From: Oscillospiraceae bacterium
GTDB taxonomy: Bacteria > Bacillota > Clostridia > Oscillospirales > Ruminococcaceae
NCBI GenBank assembly: GCA_030527085.1
Contig: JAUNBN010000001.1
Location: forward strand, 1-32,456
Direction of reading: 5' to 3'
Length of the DNA: 32,456 nt
In this document: positions 31,672-32,456 of the stretch, in pieces
How the letters are laid out: every line of letters begins with the position of its first letter
How positions within the stretch are numbered: the stretch's first letter is position 1
Notes under the pieces: generated by a model
What the model saw: only the letters and a program-made list of their open reading frames with translations
Database searches by the model: none
What the model was told of the DNA's origin: nothing
Made by a program: the position numbers and the translations under genes

Positions 31672-31754
31672 GGCCCGAAGCGGCGTTAGGACAAGAGAAA
31701 AAGGCCAATAATTACTTGAAAGCCACCCTGCGGGGTCAAGAGAGGAAGAAAAAG

Positions 31755-32456
31755 ATGCTGGATATAAAGCTTATAAGAGAAAAGCCCGAATGGGTAAAGG
31801 AACGCCTTGCCGTGCGCTGTAAGGACTACGGCCCGCAGATAGACGAGATAGCCGATATTGACCGCGAGCGGCGCGCGATAATCGCCGAGAGCGACGCGCT
31901 CAAGCAGAGGCAGAACGCCGCGAGCCGCGAGATACCGCGCATAAAGCAGGAGGGCGGCGACGTAAAGGCCATAATGGCCGAGATGAAGGAGATATCCGAA
32001 AAGGTCAAGGGCTTTGAGAAGCGGCTCGGCGAGCTCGAGGAGCAGCAGAAAACACTGCTGTTGAATATACCCAACACGCCCAACGAGACCGTCCCTCCCG
32101 GGGAGGACAGCAGCGACAATATCGAGCAGCGCCACTGGGGCGAGCCCACCGTCTTCGATTTCGACGCCAAGCCCCACTGGGAGCTGGGCGCGAATCTCGG
32201 CATACTCGACCCCGAGCGCGCGGCCAAGGTCACGGGCGCGAGATTCCATTTTTACAAGGGACTGGGCGCCTCGCTCGAGCGCGCTGTTATGAACTTCTAC
32301 CTCGATTTGCATATTGCCGAGCACGGCTACACCGAAATGTTCCCGCCCTTTATGGCCAACCGCGCCTCGATGACGGGCACGGGCCAGCTCCCCAAATTCG
32401 AGGAGGATATGTTCCACCTCGCAAACGAGGACTATTTTTTGATACCTACCGCCGAG
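31755..32456 (+). CDS. serS: Seryl-tRNA synthetase, N-terminal part (continues past the window end)
   Basis: The ATG at 31755 gives [18 protein letters not shown].., a coiled-coil arm, then ..[43 protein letters not shown] Shine-Dalgarno is present. There is no stop in the window, so it is absent from the ORF track. Confidence 0.93.
   Translation, partial: MLDIKLIREKPEWVKERLAVRCKDYGPQIDEIADIDRERRAIIAESDALKQRQNAASREIPRIKQEGGDVKAIMAEMKEISEKVKGFEKRLGELEEQQKTLLLNIPNTPNETVPPGEDSSDNIEQRHWGEPTVFDFDAKPHWELGANLGILDPERAAKVTGARFHFYKGLGASLERAVMNFYLDLHIAEHGYTEMFPPFMANRASMTGTGQLPKFEEDMFHLANEDYFLIPTAE

Noticed and set aside
31672-31754. T-box riboswitch upstream of serS
   Set aside because: The spacer is only 83 nt. 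It lacks a specifier or antiterminator architecture and a T-box consensus sequence.

Overview
This window covers the replication-origin neighbourhood of a GC-rich Bacillota (Clostridia-like) chromosome. The left part holds the canonical minus-strand block gyrB(5' part)-remB-recF-yaaA-dnaN-dnaA. AT-rich dnaN/dnaA and dnaA/rpmH spacers flank dnaA and are candidates for a bipartite oriC. The plus-strand operon rpmH-rnpA-yidD-yidC-jag-mnmE-mnmG-rsmG diverges from that block. The right end carries two palindromic parS sites, soj/parA, spo0J/parB and the 5' part of serS. A ~16.7-kb accessory block lies between rsmG (ends 13269) and parS/soj (29967). It contains a hypothetical Cys/His protein, a truncated EamA transporter, a membrane-anchored XRE regulator and a large GT-C-like membrane protein. 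It also contains a minus-strand ABC-ATPase/ABC-2 permease/YtrA-type GntR/cdd cluster, an orphan small serine recombinase, a lipoprotein and an LCP-like protein. The remaining genes are glycerol dehydrogenase, a P-loop ATPase, a MarR regulator with a His/Cys/Gly-rich N-terminus, an Fe-alcohol dehydrogenase and a membrane GGDEF cyclase. The most unusual signal is non-coding. Almost every sizeable intergenic spacer carries one or more copies or fragments of a palindromic, MITE-like repeat family. Its features are GGGAGTGTCCC-type termini, a conserved CCCCGCC-GAA-GGCGGGG hairpin core and complementary but copy-specific outer stems. The best copy has a perfect 8-bp target-site duplication. Nearly all copies right of dnaA point the same way regardless of flanking gene direction. 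One half-copy forms the 3' end of the truncated transporter ORF. No rRNA, tRNA, CRISPR array or transposase gene was recognised. Many long ORFs in the supplied track are antisense artefacts of high GC content.
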